A program made the position numbers and the translations under genes. Under the pieces are notes generated by a model that saw only the letters and a list, made by a program, of their open reading frames with translations, ran no database searches and was not told where the DNA came from. From NCBI GenBank assembly GCA_041690595.1, contig JAWLHB010000009.1:62001-126000 (forward strand): a stretch of DNA of 64,000 nt, in the 5' to 3' direction. Each line of letters starts with the position of its first letter. The first letter of the stretch is position 1. This stretch comes from Lentisphaeria bacterium. GTDB taxonomy: Bacteria; Verrucomicrobiota; Lentisphaeria; JABSQK01; JAWLHB01. Positions 17,116 to 26,726 of this stretch are shown piece by piece.

Positions 17116-20100
17116 CTACTCTTCCAGGCTGATGAGGATATTGTCCAGAAGGAAATCTCCGTCGGCAACGGTCGTGCCGCCGCCAACAGTGACGGTCGCG
17201 AAGACGATCTCCGTGACTCCGGCCGGCAGCAGCACCTCGAAGCTCTTCCAACTGGAGGTCAGCGTCAGCGACGTACCCTCCGCCGGATCACCCAGAGGAC
17301 CGACATGCAGGGCCGTCGCGCCCGACACCCATCTGGCGTGGAAAGTGAGCCGCAATTGCGGCAAGGCGATATCGCCGATCGGACTCGAACTCAGGTCGCC
17401 CACCAACCCGGTATTCAGAACGGTGCGACCAGCGCCGGCCGTCAGGAATCCGCGTAGCGCACCGCGGGTATGGGTAGTGCGAACTTGAGCCGGATCCCAG
17501 TAGACCGGAGCCGCGGACGGCACCCCATCCTCCATGCCCCGCCACCCAGCCAGCTTCCCAAAGAGATACGGGTTTGTCGCCAGCGACGGTACGGCCACGA
17601 TCTGGACATTATCCAGGAGAAAGGTTCCGTCGGTAACCGTCAGGGATGAAGTCTTGGCGGCGAGGGATGTCACGGGTGCAAAGAGGATTCCCGTGCTGTA
17701 GTAATCGAGGTTGAACTCCGCCTCGTAGTAGGCCCAACTGCTGGTCAGTTGAACATTGTACGATTCCGAACCGCCCCAGATCCGCTGCATGTGAAGGTAC
17801 GGTGAACCGGCGATCCACTTGGCATAAAAGGAGACCTTGATGCGCGAATAGTCCGGCAGACTCAGGTGCGTGGCGAGTGCGCCGCTGCCGTTGGAGGAAA
17901 GAGGGCCCGCACCTTGCGTGTCGAGGTTGACACGGAGTGAGCCGGCCGATCCCCAGAGGGTGTCCGTCGTCTCGCGCGTCAGCATGCCGGGGGTGCTCTG
18001 GCCGCTCAGATATCCGGCCCAGGAGGTGATGTCGCTCTCGAAAGCAGGATTGACCACCGTGTTCGCGATCTCGATGATCTCCACATTGTCGAGGAGCAAT
18101 TGGGCATCCGCGGCCTTGCCATTGGCACCAATGGGACAGAAGATCAGGCCGCTCCCGGAGAAACCGGTGGCGATCTCCACCATGTAGCTCTCCCAACTGG
18201 AGGTAAGCTCGACGATAGCCTGGGAGGAGCCGCCCCACGCCCGCCTTACGCTCAGCAGCGGTGTCCCGCTGACGGCCTTGGCGTCGAAGCGTACGCGGAT
18301 CGTCTCATGCGCGACGACCGCTGCGTGGTTGGCCATGGCGCCGGAGTTGTGCGAGTTGGCGGAGGCGCCGCCGGTCTGGAAGTTCAGGCGGAAGGCGCCC
18401 GCGGAGCCGCCAGCGGTGTCGGTGGTTTCCCAGCTTGCCGCCCCAGGTAGTGAGGCGCCGGCAAGGATCACGCTCCAATTGGAGATGTCGCTTTCGAAGG
18501 CGCCGTTGAGAGCCTGATTGAAGGGACCCTTGCTGTACCGGGTCGTCAGGGTGCCGGACGGGAAGAGGTGCCTGTCCCACACTTGCAGATAGGTGGCATC
18601 CTTCACCCAGTATTCCTCGACGCCATCCAGACCGACCACGATCTTGAAGAGCTTGGCATCCGTGAGTACGGGGAAGCCACCCGCCTCGAGCACCAGAGCA
18701 TCGCCTGCCTCGTTGATGCCATAGAGATCCCACCGCCATGGTTCGTCATGCTCATAGAGAAAGACGGACTGCGTGGCGCTGTCGAGGAGCCAGGTGACAT
18801 TGTCGACGAGCGTAGCGGCGTCATCGGTCGGGTTGTGAGGCAGCAGAAGGGAATGGAAGTGAGTCGTGGAAGCCGGGGCATGGGGACCATCCAGGCGCTT
18901 CCACAGGCGCCGCGCGGTGGTGTTGGCGACGATATCATCCGTCACGCAGGGCTGAGAGGTGACATCCGCGATGTCGAGAGTCGCCAGACCTGTCGAGTCC
19001 TCCATGATGACCAGCAGATCCTCCGAGCGGTTCTCCAGGTGCATGAGGTACTTTTCCAGCCAGATGTAGGTGCTGGGGACGGCCGCCATGGCGCTGTTTG
19101 CCCAGTTGCTGCCCGAGATGCCATAGAGCCACCCAAGTTGCCAGGCAGGGCCAATGGCGCCGTCAAAGGTGGCCGTAACCGTGCAGACATCCTTCACCCA
19201 GAGCCCCAGCTCGCCAAGCATGAAAACATGACGGCTGACATCCAGTGGCTTGTTTGCGTACGATTGCATATCCAGCCGTGCATAAGCAACCCCAGGTGCC
19301 GAATCGAAGAGCGAGACGCTGACAGACTCCGTGCGCTCTTCCGGATAACGACCGACATCGATCGCCACTTCCATGGCCCCGTCGACCGCCGCCGTTGTCA
19401 GAGAGAAGGCGCCGGACGTCGTCGTCTGGACGCCCCCGATGTACGAATTCCAGCCGGAAAGACCGCCGTCGAAATCATCGCTGAAGGCGACGTTTGGATG
19501 GCTGACAACCAGGTTGTCGATCTGGAAGATGCCGTTGGCAACCTTGCTCGAACTGAGGCTTTCCACCGTACAGATGGCGAGGTTCCAGTTGGGATAGGGA
19601 GGCGAGAGATCGAGGTCGATCTGCAGCTCGTGGTGCGTCCAGCCTTCATTGAGCTTGGCGTGCACCCCCGTCGCCGTCCAGAGTGGGCTCATCCAGAGAT
19701 ACGGCGAGCCGGAGATCGCCCGCGCATCGAAGCTGATGAGGAGCGTCGGCGACTGCATGACGCCGATCGCGTGCGTGGCGCAGGTCCCCCAGGCGGAAAA
19801 GGAAGAGGCAGCCGGATTCGCGGGCTGCGCCTGAAAGGTGTTGTGATTGGCGGTCCCTTTGATGAGGTATGGGGTATCGACCAGGAGCACGCTGCCGTCG
19901 TTCACGAAGCCATTCACCGATCCCGTATCGTAGTGACCATGACCGCTCGATGTGCTCGCCTCGACCATGGCGAAGAGATCGCTCTCCCCCCACCCCGTGC
20001 GCAGAATCACCTTGTCGGCAACGACTTCCTCCAGTACCTCGTAGAAGTCGCCGGGGCTGGCATCACGCTCTTCCCGAGTCCGCTGGCGGACATCCTGGCG

Positions 20101-21240
20101 GAAGGTGACGAGACTGCCGCTCTCCGGCACGACTGGAGCGAGGGTGTAGTCCGCGGCCAGACTGGCTTCGAGCAGACCGTTCAGATAGGAAGTGAGGATG
20201 TTTCCCCACTGCACCATCTCCACGCGATGAGCGACCACATACTGGTGCAGGCGGTGCGCCGCCCAGCGGTAGCGCCCGTCCTGATAGGCCGCTCCACAGG
20301 CTTCGAAGATGTAGATCCAGTGGTTGATGTTCGCGGCAAAACCGACGCTGTCACCATAGTGCGCCGTCGGCCCCAACGGCGTCACATAATGCAGGTAGCG
20401 CCCCGCAATCCAGGGAATTCGGTCCGGATCCTGAAGCAGGGCTGGATTGCCTTTGGTGTCGATCCACCAGAGGAGTGTTGCCAGGGAGAGTCCCCCGTAA
20501 CCGTCACTGTTTTCAGTGAAGTCGCCATGCGTCCACCACGAATTCCAGATGGCGTCAACGTAGCTCTGCCGCCCTCCCGTGGGAGGCGCACCTACGGATT
20601 CGGTGGGATCGAGTACGATCAGCAACTCTTCGCCGACGGCCGCATTGAAGGAACGGTTCATGGCGCCATACTCGAAAGCGGAATAGAGTCCCTGCCGCAC
20701 CTCGATAGCAGCCAACCAGTCGCGAATGCTGGTGACGTCCGCCGGGCTGAGTTCACTGAAGCTGTCGAGCAAATGGAAGGTGCGGGCAGCAACGCTCATA
20801 TGGGCGGCCGCGGCGCCGGAATTAGCCTGATTGACGGCCAGATAGGCGGATTCACCACGGATATAATCCATGGCCAGCTCCATCCACTCCGCGGAAGTCT
20901 TCGCCGTCAACCCACCCTGCCCAGCCGCTTCAGCGCGACGCTCCACCAGGTACCAAAGGGCGGCACCGTACGCGTATTGTCCCTGATAAGCAACCGTGCT
21001 GCTGCCGGCATTCACCTCGTTTGCCTGCCGATACTGAACATAGAGGCTCTCGGCAAAATCCAGGTAATCGAGCTGGTCAAAGTCTGCGGGATAGGCCGAA
21101 GCCGGCACGGGAAGTGCGCCGCGCTGCGGATCCAGCGGCTTCTGCTCGGTCCATGGATCCCACTGCTGAGCATCGAGAGGAACTGTAGCCAGGGCGATCA
21201 GCATGACGATGAGAGCAGCGCGACAACCAGATGCATTCAT
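17116..21240 (-). CDS. Large secreted heparinase II/III-like (polysaccharide lyase-like) protein with multiple CBM4/9-like domains
   Basis: Signal peptide (MNASGCRAALIVMLIALATVPLDA|QQ), helical N-terminal region with ENSDGY and HYGDS, ILRTGW, GHGHYDTGS, ANHNTF; three C-terminal repeats with NxxFESDIxxW...FxAK...LTSSW...LLDNV; RBS before ATG 21240. Confidence 0.7.
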   Translation of the reverse strand: MNASGCRAALIVMLIALATVPLDAQQWDPWTEQKPLDPQRGALPVPASAYPADFDQLDYLDFAESLYVQYRQANEVNAGSSTVAYQGQYAYGAALWYLVERRAEAAGQGGLTAKTSAEWMELAMDYIRGESAYLAVNQANSGAAAAHMSVAARTFHLLDSFSELSPADVTSIRDWLAAIEVRQGLYSAFEYGAMNRSFNAAVGEELLIVLDPTESVGAPPTGGRQSYVDAIWNSWWTHGDFTENSDGYGGLSLATLLWWIDTKGNPALLQDPDRIPWIAGRYLHYVTPLGPTAHYGDSVGFAANINHWIYIFEACGAAYQDGRYRWAAHRLHQYVVAHRVEMVQWGNILTSYLNGLLEASLAADYTLAPVVPESGSLVTFRQDVRQRTREERDASPGDFYEVLEEVVADKVILRTGWGESDLFAMVEASTSSGHGHYDTGSVNGFVNDGSVLLVDTPYLIKGTANHNTFQAQPANPAASSFSAWGTCATHAIGVMQSPTLLISFDARAISGSPYLWMSPLWTATGVHAKLNEGWTHHELQIDLDLSPPYPNWNLAICTVESLSSSKVANGIFQIDNLVVSHPNVAFSDDFDGGLSGWNSYIGGVQTTTSGAFSLTTAAVDGAMEVAIDVGRYPEERTESVSVSLFDSAPGVAYARLDMQSYANKPLDVSRHVFMLGELGLWVKDVCTVTATFDGAIGPAWQLGWLYGISGSNWANSAMAAVPSTYIWLEKYLMHLENRSEDLLVIMEDSTGLATLDIADVTSQPCVTDDIVANTTARRLWKRLDGPHAPASTTHFHSLLLPHNPTDDAATLVDNVTWLLDSATQSVFLYEHDEPWRWDLYGINEAGDALVLEAGGFPVLTDAKLFKIVVGLDGVEEYWVKDATYLQVWDRHLFPSGTLTTRYSKGPFNQALNGAFESDISNWSVILAGASLPGAASWETTDTAGGSAGAFRLNFQTGGASANSHNSGAMANHAAVVAHETIRVRFDAKAVSGTPLLSVRRAWGGSSQAIVELTSSWESYMVEIATGFSGSGLIFCPIGANGKAADAQLLLDNVEIIEIANTVVNPAFESDITSWAGYLSGQSTPGMLTRETTDTLWGSAGSLRVNLDTQGAGPLSSNGSGALATHLSLPDYSRIKVSFYAKWIAGSPYLHMQRIWGGSESYNVQLTSSWAYYEAEFNLDYYSTGILFAPVTSLAAKTSSLTVTDGTFLLDNVQIVAVPSLATNPYLFGKLAGWRGMEDGVPSAAPVYWDPAQVRTTHTRGALRGFLTAGAGRTVLNTGLVGDLSSSPIGDIALPQLRLTFHARWVSGATALHVGPLGDPAEGTSLTLTSSWKSFEVLLPAGVTEIVFATVTVGGGTTVADGDFLLDNILISLEE

Positions 21241-21485
21241 GGAATTCTCCTTCTCCGGCCGGTTCATATAGAGTGCCACACAGCAGAGCGAAACCGATTA
21301 ACCCTCCATCTTGGTCTATCATACCAATTACAAACTGCAACCAATCTTATCATACAGACACAACAGTAACAGTAAAAACGATAAACTGAAAAACAAACGC
21401 AGACATGACCCGAACCGCTAACGGCTCAGGAACGCCCTTGGTTGCCACCACCCAGCCATCATCAGCTTTGGCAGGCCTTGAGCGT

Positions 21486-21902
21486 CTAGTTGAAGCTGTG
21501 AAGGGCCAGGAATTGCTCTGGTGCAAGCACAGCAATCGCGTCAGATGGGAAATGCCCCGCATCGCGTGTGAGGATGCAGTCAGCATGCGCGCTGGTTGCG
21601 CCCATGTACTGAATCGCATCCTCGAAATCGGCAAACTCCGTGGCGAGAGCCCTGTCGACGCTAACCTCATCACAGGCCACCAACTCAAAGGTCGTGCGAA
21701 TCTTGCGAACCATGGTCAGTGCCGCGTCGCGATCAGCTGCTCGCCGCGCGATGTAGTAGATGTTCGGTAGGGTCAGTACGGAAATCATGCCTTCGATCCG
21801 GCGCTGCTCGGCAAGGCTCCAAGCGCGGCGCGCATGCACAGCAAACGGCTCGCGATCCAGCAAGACATCGAGCAGAACGTTGGTGTCGAAGAATACCCTC
21901 AC
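21486..21902 (-). CDS. PIN-domain (VapC-like) toxin
   Basis: MRVFFDTNVLLD, DFEDAIQ, ILTRD acidic active-site residues. Confidence 0.92.
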   Translation of the reverse strand: MRVFFDTNVLLDVLLDREPFAVHARRAWSLAEQRRIEGMISVLTLPNIYYIARRAADRDAALTMVRKIRTTFELVACDEVSVDRALATEFADFEDAIQYMGATSAHADCILTRDAGHFPSDAIAVLAPEQFLALHSFN

Positions 21903-22162
21903 CGCCGCTCAAGCCCATACTTCTTGCGCATGCCGTCATACCGAGCATCGTCAGCGCTCATGCCGACAGGCAATTTGATACTTCCAGCCAGCTGGCCAAC
22001 GATGGATTCCGGCTGCACGTCGTCATCCTGCCGCGCCTCTTGGGACGCCATCGTCCGCACGAGGTTGGTGAACATCGCCGAGACGCTCTGCCCACGCCGC
22101 TTGGCGATGCGCTTGGCTGCGGCAATCAGCTCTTCATCCATACTCAGCGTGAGTTTTGTCAT
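21899..22162 (-). CDS. Cognate antitoxin, ribbon-helix-helix (DUF6364-like)
   Basis: MTKLTLSMDEELIAAAKRIAKRRGQSVS; 4-nt overlap with the PIN gene; GGAGG RBS. Confidence 0.85.
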   Translation of the reverse strand: MTKLTLSMDEELIAAAKRIAKRRGQSVSAMFTNLVRTMASQEARQDDDVQPESIVGQLAGSIKLPVGMSADDARYDGMRKKYGLERR

Positions 22163-22196
22163 AGAGCAACCTCCACATACGCATTGCTAGTACATT

Positions 22197-22225
22197 ACCA
22201 TACGTATCGGCGATACTGGTGTCAA
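22197..22225 (-). promoter_or_regulatory. TA operon promoter with palindromic operator in the spacer
   Basis: TTGACA-N17-TATGGT; palindrome gtatcg-g-cgatac (22204-22216). Confidence 0.65.
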
Positions 22226-22421
22226 GATCGACAGTGAGTATAAGTGAGTACAAGGAGCTAAGGACGTTGAGGCTGGTCGAGGACGGTCGTGGCCGGTCGA
22301 AGCGACCGCCTTTCTATTTGGGAAGAGGAGAGGTATAGTAACGTTTGCTTCGGGCTCACCGCGGCGGCGATGATGTGCCTGATTTTTCTTGTGTAAGGTG
22401 CGAACTGGGGAGTATTGGACG

Positions 22422-23216
22422 ATGCTGGATGACGATCGCTCGGTGGGGCAAGGCAGCCAGATGGTGACGGTCTACATCATCGTGGTCACCGTCATTGCCT
22501 TCATACTTCAACGTATGCATCCAGAACTGACGGATCTGCTGGCGATGCACTCCACCGAGGTGAGGAGCGGCGAAGTCTGGCGGCTGGCGAGCTACATGCT
22601 GATGCACGACCCCACCTCGATCTTCCATATCCTCTTCAACATGTACGTACTCTTCCTCTTTGGCAGAATGGTCGAAGCCCGCATGGGCAGCCGCCGCTAC
22701 TTCGGCCTTTACATCTTCTCTGGGCTTGTCGCGAGTTTCTGCTGGCTGATCTTCAACTGGGAGCTGCCCAACGGCATGATCGGCGCCAGCGGTGCGGTGA
22801 TGGGCGTCATGGCGGCAGCCGGCATTTTCTTCCCGGACCAGCGGGTGATGCTGATCATCCCGCCAATCCCCATGAAGTTGCGAACGATGGTGATCTGCAT
22901 CATCATCGCCGAGCTCTTCTTCGAAGTGAGCCGCTCGCAGACCGGCGTTGCCCATCTCGCGCATCTGGGGGGTATTTTCGGTGCAGTCGTCTATCTGCTC
23001 GCCTTCTATCGGCGAACGATTTCGGCCAAGGCGGTTCAGCTGCAGCGGGGCCAGGAGTACAGACGGCGGAGTACGCCGCCCGAGATCATGCACCGATGCG
23101 AGGTATGCGGAGCCACCGAGAAGTCACTCCCGAACGCTACATTCCGCGTCTGCAGCCAATGCACCGGCGCCAAGGAATACTGCGACCAGCACCTGCCCAC
23201 GCACGACCACCATTGA
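22422..23216 (+). CDS. Rhomboid intramembrane serine protease with C-terminal Cys/His zinc finger
   Basis: WR motif, HILFNM, GASG (Ser), AHLGG (His); CEVC...CSQC...YCDQH. Confidence 0.9.
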   Translation: MLDDDRSVGQGSQMVTVYIIVVTVIAFILQRMHPELTDLLAMHSTEVRSGEVWRLASYMLMHDPTSIFHILFNMYVLFLFGRMVEARMGSRRYFGLYIFSGLVASFCWLIFNWELPNGMIGASGAVMGVMAAAGIFFPDQRVMLIIPPIPMKLRTMVICIIIAELFFEVSRSQTGVAHLAHLGGIFGAVVYLLAFYRRTISAKAVQLQRGQEYRRRSTPPEIMHRCEVCGATEKSLPNATFRVCSQCTGAKEYCDQHLPTHDHH

Positions 23217-23268
23217 CCAGGAAAAGTGCGCCGAGGCGGGAGTGCCCCCCGGGCGCACGCATCAGGTC

Positions 23269-23288
23269 GTCCGACTTGTCCGACTTGT
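23269..23288. repeat. 9-nt tandem repeat gtccgactt next to a GC hairpin (23226-23258) between convergent genes
   Basis: gtccgactt gtccgactt gt; stem gtgcgcc/ggcgcac. Confidence 0.55.
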
Positions 23289-23319
23289 ATGGTGAGCGGC
23301 AAAAAGTGCTGAAGTTGGC

Positions 23320-24078
23320 CTAGATTCCCGGCATGACATTGCCTCCGCAGACCGGTATGTAGGCGCCGGTGATGAAGCTGGAGAGATCGCTGGCCAGGAA
23401 GGCCACTACGTTGGCAATCTCCTGATCGGTTCCGCGCCGCTTGAGGGGATGCCGTTCCAGGTAGGAAGGCGGCGTCACCTCCACCGGGTGATTATCGCTG
23501 ATCGTCCAGCCCGGGGCAACCTGGTTGACCGTGATGCCATGCGCGCCGATTTCCCGCGCCAGGACCCGCACGACACCGTCCAGCCCACGCTTGGCCGAGG
23601 CATAAGCCCCTTGGCTGGGAGTGCACTGCATGGCACACTCGGTATTGATGACGATCACTCTGCCCCAACCCGCCTCAATCATGGCCGGCGCGAACTCCTT
23701 GGCCATCATCACGTTGTGCAGGACACACGAGCGGAACTGGCTCTCGAAATCCTTTTCGTCCTGTTCCAGTATAGACGTCCACTCGTACTGTATCACCGCA
23801 TTGTTGACCAGAATGTGCGGGGTGCCGAGGCCGTCGCGAACAGCTTTAGCCATGGCCTGCACGGAGCCCTTGTCAGTCACGTCCGCCTGCACAATCTGGG
23901 CGCGCACGCCCAGCGCCAGCACCTCCGTCCGCAGCTCTTCCGCCTTGGTGCGGTTCTTCAGGTAGTGGATGACAACGTCGGCGCCAGCACGAGCCAACGT
24001 GCGAATCATGACCCGTCCGAGTTCGCCGGTGGCGCCGGTGACAAGCGCAGTCTTGCCGCTGAGATCAAGTGGAATCAT
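23320..24078 (-). CDS. Short-chain dehydrogenase/reductase
   Basis: TGATGELG, LVNNA, YASAK, VNQVAPG. Confidence 0.92.
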   Translation of the reverse strand: MIPLDLSGKTALVTGATGELGRVMIRTLARAGADVVIHYLKNRTKAEELRTEVLALGVRAQIVQADVTDKGSVQAMAKAVRDGLGTPHILVNNAVIQYEWTSILEQDEKDFESQFRSCVLHNVMMAKEFAPAMIEAGWGRVIVINTECAMQCTPSQGAYASAKRGLDGVVRVLAREIGAHGITVNQVAPGWTISDNHPVEVTPPSYLERHPLKRRGTDQEIANVVAFLASDLSSFITGAYIPVCGGNVMPGI

Positions 24079-24079
24079 A

Positions 24080-24805
24080 TCAACTCTCCATTGTCCACCG
24101 GACCGCGGGAAGGGGACCGCCCCAGCCTGGCTTCTCCGGCAGGTTGTTTAACTCGTCGTACTCGAAAATGACCGCCCTGCGCGACTGCGCCGATCGGTTG
24201 CTTTCCGAACGGTGTATCGTGAGCGAGCCGAAAAAGATGGCATCGCCCGGCTCGGCGATGAAGGGAACCTCTACCGCGCCAGAAGGAAGATCACAGACCC
24301 AGTGGCGCTCGCCGCTTACGGCATGGTACTCCTCATGGTGCGGCAGCAAACCGCCTGTATGGCTGCCAGGAAAGAGCCGAAGACAGCCATTGGCCTCGGT
24401 CGAGGGATCGATGCAGACAAAGACCGCAACCTGGTTGGCCCGGTTGGCCTGCCAGTAATAGTAGTCCTGATGCGGCGGCTGGGCGCTGCCGCGACCGGCA
24501 ACCTTGCACATCAGCTTGGTATGATCCAGCCGCAATGGCGACTTCAGCATCACCCGGGCACGACCCAGCATGGCATCCGAAGCAATCACCCGCCTAAGCG
24601 TCGGAGAATGATCGTACGGATTGAAGATCACCCTCGCTACCCCCTCCTCCTCGAAAAGGTGGTTGCCCCGCCAAAGACCCGATTCCACGGCCTGCTGCAC
24701 CGCTGCCAACTCCGCCGTCAGATCCGCCAACTGGGCGCCGACAACAGCCTGCCGCAGGATCAGGTAACCATTTTCCTCGAAGAATGCTGCTTCACTGGTC
24801 GTCAT
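24080..24805 (-). CDS. Phytanoyl-CoA dioxygenase (PhyH) family Fe(II)/2-oxoglutarate dioxygenase
   Basis: FFEENGYLI, HQD, NGCLRLFPGSH, GDAIFF...IHRS...N...RR. Confidence 0.9.
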   Translation of the reverse strand: MTTSEAAFFEENGYLILRQAVVGAQLADLTAELAAVQQAVESGLWRGNHLFEEEGVARVIFNPYDHSPTLRRVIASDAMLGRARVMLKSPLRLDHTKLMCKVAGRGSAQPPHQDYYYWQANRANQVAVFVCIDPSTEANGCLRLFPGSHTGGLLPHHEEYHAVSGERHWVCDLPSGAVEVPFIAEPGDAIFFGSLTIHRSESNRSAQSRRAVIFEYDELNNLPEKPGWGGPLPAVRWTMES

Positions 24806-24844
24806 GAGAGTACCTCGATCACGGTAAAGGTTAGGTTATGTCGA

Positions 24845-25603
24845 TCAGACGCAACACGCCTGATGCCCGCCATCGACGCGGAGGGAGATGCCCGAGACAT
24901 AGTCTGCCTCGGGGGAAGCGAGAAAGAGTGCCACATTGCCGATGTCGCGCGGGGTGCCGATGCGCCCGACAGGAACGCGGTTCTTGATATACTCGGCGGG
25001 TCCCGGCTGTAGCCAGTGGTGCTCGGTCATGGGCGTGAGGATCATGCCCGGCGCGATGGCATTGCAGGTGATGCCATGCTTGCCGAGTGCGGTGGCAAAG
25101 CCGACCATGGTCATGCGCATGCCGGCCTTCGAGGCGCCGTAATCCACCTGCGCGGGCCCCGTGACGTTTTCCGCCAGGGAGGTAATGAAGATGATCCGTC
25201 CGCCTTCGCCCCGTTCGATCAGCTTGCGGGCAGCGACCTGCGTGCAGTGAAAAGCACCCGTGCAGTTGACGTCGATAGTCTTCTGCCAAGTCTCCGGCGT
25301 CATCTCCATGACGTCGACGAACGGGCAGATGCCGGCGTTGTTGATGAGCACGTCGAAGCTGCCGTAGTAGGCGCACGTCGCCTCGATCATGGCCTCGACT
25401 TCGGAGCGGTTGGTTACATCGCAGCGTACGCCGAAAGCATCCCCGGCCCCCATCTCGCGCAGGCGATTGGCCGATTCCGTCGCCTGGGCCTTGTCAAGAT
25501 CCGCAATGACCAGCTTCGCCCCCTTTTCGGCGAAGCATTGAGCGATCCCGTAGCCGATGCCGCGGGCTGAACCGGTGATGATGACCACTTGTGGAGACTG
25601 CAT
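24845..25603 (-). CDS. Short-chain dehydrogenase/reductase
   Basis: TGSARGIG, NNAG, YGASK, NAIAPG, VDGG. Confidence 0.93.
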   Translation of the reverse strand: MQSPQVVIITGSARGIGYGIAQCFAEKGAKLVIADLDKAQATESANRLREMGAGDAFGVRCDVTNRSEVEAMIEATCAYYGSFDVLINNAGICPFVDVMEMTPETWQKTIDVNCTGAFHCTQVAARKLIERGEGGRIIFITSLAENVTGPAQVDYGASKAGMRMTMVGFATALGKHGITCNAIAPGMILTPMTEHHWLQPGPAEYIKNRVPVGRIGTPRDIGNVALFLASPEADYVSGISLRVDGGHQACCV

Positions 25604-25737
25604 GGAGACCTCGGGTTGGTGAATCGACAGGGAAGGATGCGAAGCGAAGGCGCCGGCTTTCCTGGAGCAGAATGCGCGCTATATGTACAGATAATGATTG
25701 GGCCGCTGAACGCCATAGGAGGATTTTGATTTTTATC

Positions 25738-26646
25738 ATGGATATTTATGATATCGAGCCAACACCGGGCAAGGTATTCAGCTATCCGAGTCCATTGACG
25801 GCGGAGCTCTGGGGCGAGGAGCTGTGGGAGAGGCGCTCGGCGGAGCTGACACCGCGCTATCTGCATCGCTACGGAGGACCGCGGCGCGAACGCGATGCGC
25901 TGGATGCCCATGGATTCTGGGAGCTGACCTTCGCTTTCAGCGGCGCTGGAAGCCTCGTCACGGCCGAAGGGGATATCGCCCTGCGCGGGTGCGGCGCGAT
26001 TCTGGTGCCGCCCGGCTTGTTGCACGCGGAATCCGCGCCCGAGCCATGGGATACGCTCTGGATCGGGCTTGCGGGAAGCCTGCTCGACGGGCTTGCCCCC
26101 AAGTTGCTGATCCTTCAGGAGGCGTCACCTCTGGCGCCGCAGGCGGAGCTGCTCTGGCGCTGGAGCCGACGCCAGATCGGCCTGATCGGTCCGGAACTGG
26201 ACGCAGGTATCCGGCTGCTGGTCACTGGGGTCCTTCGCCTGGCGCGACAGGGCGGCCAGAATCGCGACGCAGGCTGGCTGGCGCGTGTCCTGGATATGCT
26301 GCATGCGCAACTGGCGGAGCCGCTGGAGATTCCCGACCTGGCGCGTGTGGCCGATTTCAGCGTCGGCCACTTTCAGCGGCGCTTCAAGGAGGAAACGGGG
26401 GAGACGCCGCTGGCATACCTGACCCGCCTGCGGATGGAAGAGGCGCTGGTCCAGGTGCGTGAAAGCAACATGCCGGTCGCCCGCATCGCGCGCCTGGTGG
26501 GCTTCCGCGATCCCCTCTACTTCAGCCGTCTCTTCCGCCAACACTTTCATGCGTCGCCAACGCAGATTCGCCAAGCCCACCCTCCCGCGCCTTCCAGCCG
26601 TGAAAGCGATGGAGACGGCGATGGATTTCATCGTGGCGCGGGTTAA
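25738..26646 (+). CDS. AraC-family transcriptional regulator
   Basis: Cupin (HGFWEL...PPGLLH) plus C-terminal HTH (FQRRFKEETG...GFRDPLYFSRLF); start uncertain. Confidence 0.9.
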   Translation: MDIYDIEPTPGKVFSYPSPLTAELWGEELWERRSAELTPRYLHRYGGPRRERDALDAHGFWELTFAFSGAGSLVTAEGDIALRGCGAILVPPGLLHAESAPEPWDTLWIGLAGSLLDGLAPKLLILQEASPLAPQAELLWRWSRRQIGLIGPELDAGIRLLVTGVLRLARQGGQNRDAGWLARVLDMLHAQLAEPLEIPDLARVADFSVGHFQRRFKEETGETPLAYLTRLRMEEALVQVRESNMPVARIARLVGFRDPLYFSRLFRQHFHASPTQIRQAHPPAPSSRESDGDGDGFHRGAG

Positions 26647-26726
26647 AGTGATGGTTGTGACTCTCGTGCCGATGCACGCCATCGGCGTCATGCCACCGCC
26701 CATCACCCCAGGGGAGTTCAATCATC

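Noticed and set aside
18568..21369. 933-aa plus-strand ORF
   Set aside because: Antisense shadow of the lyase-like gene; no motifs; expected from high-GC codon bias.
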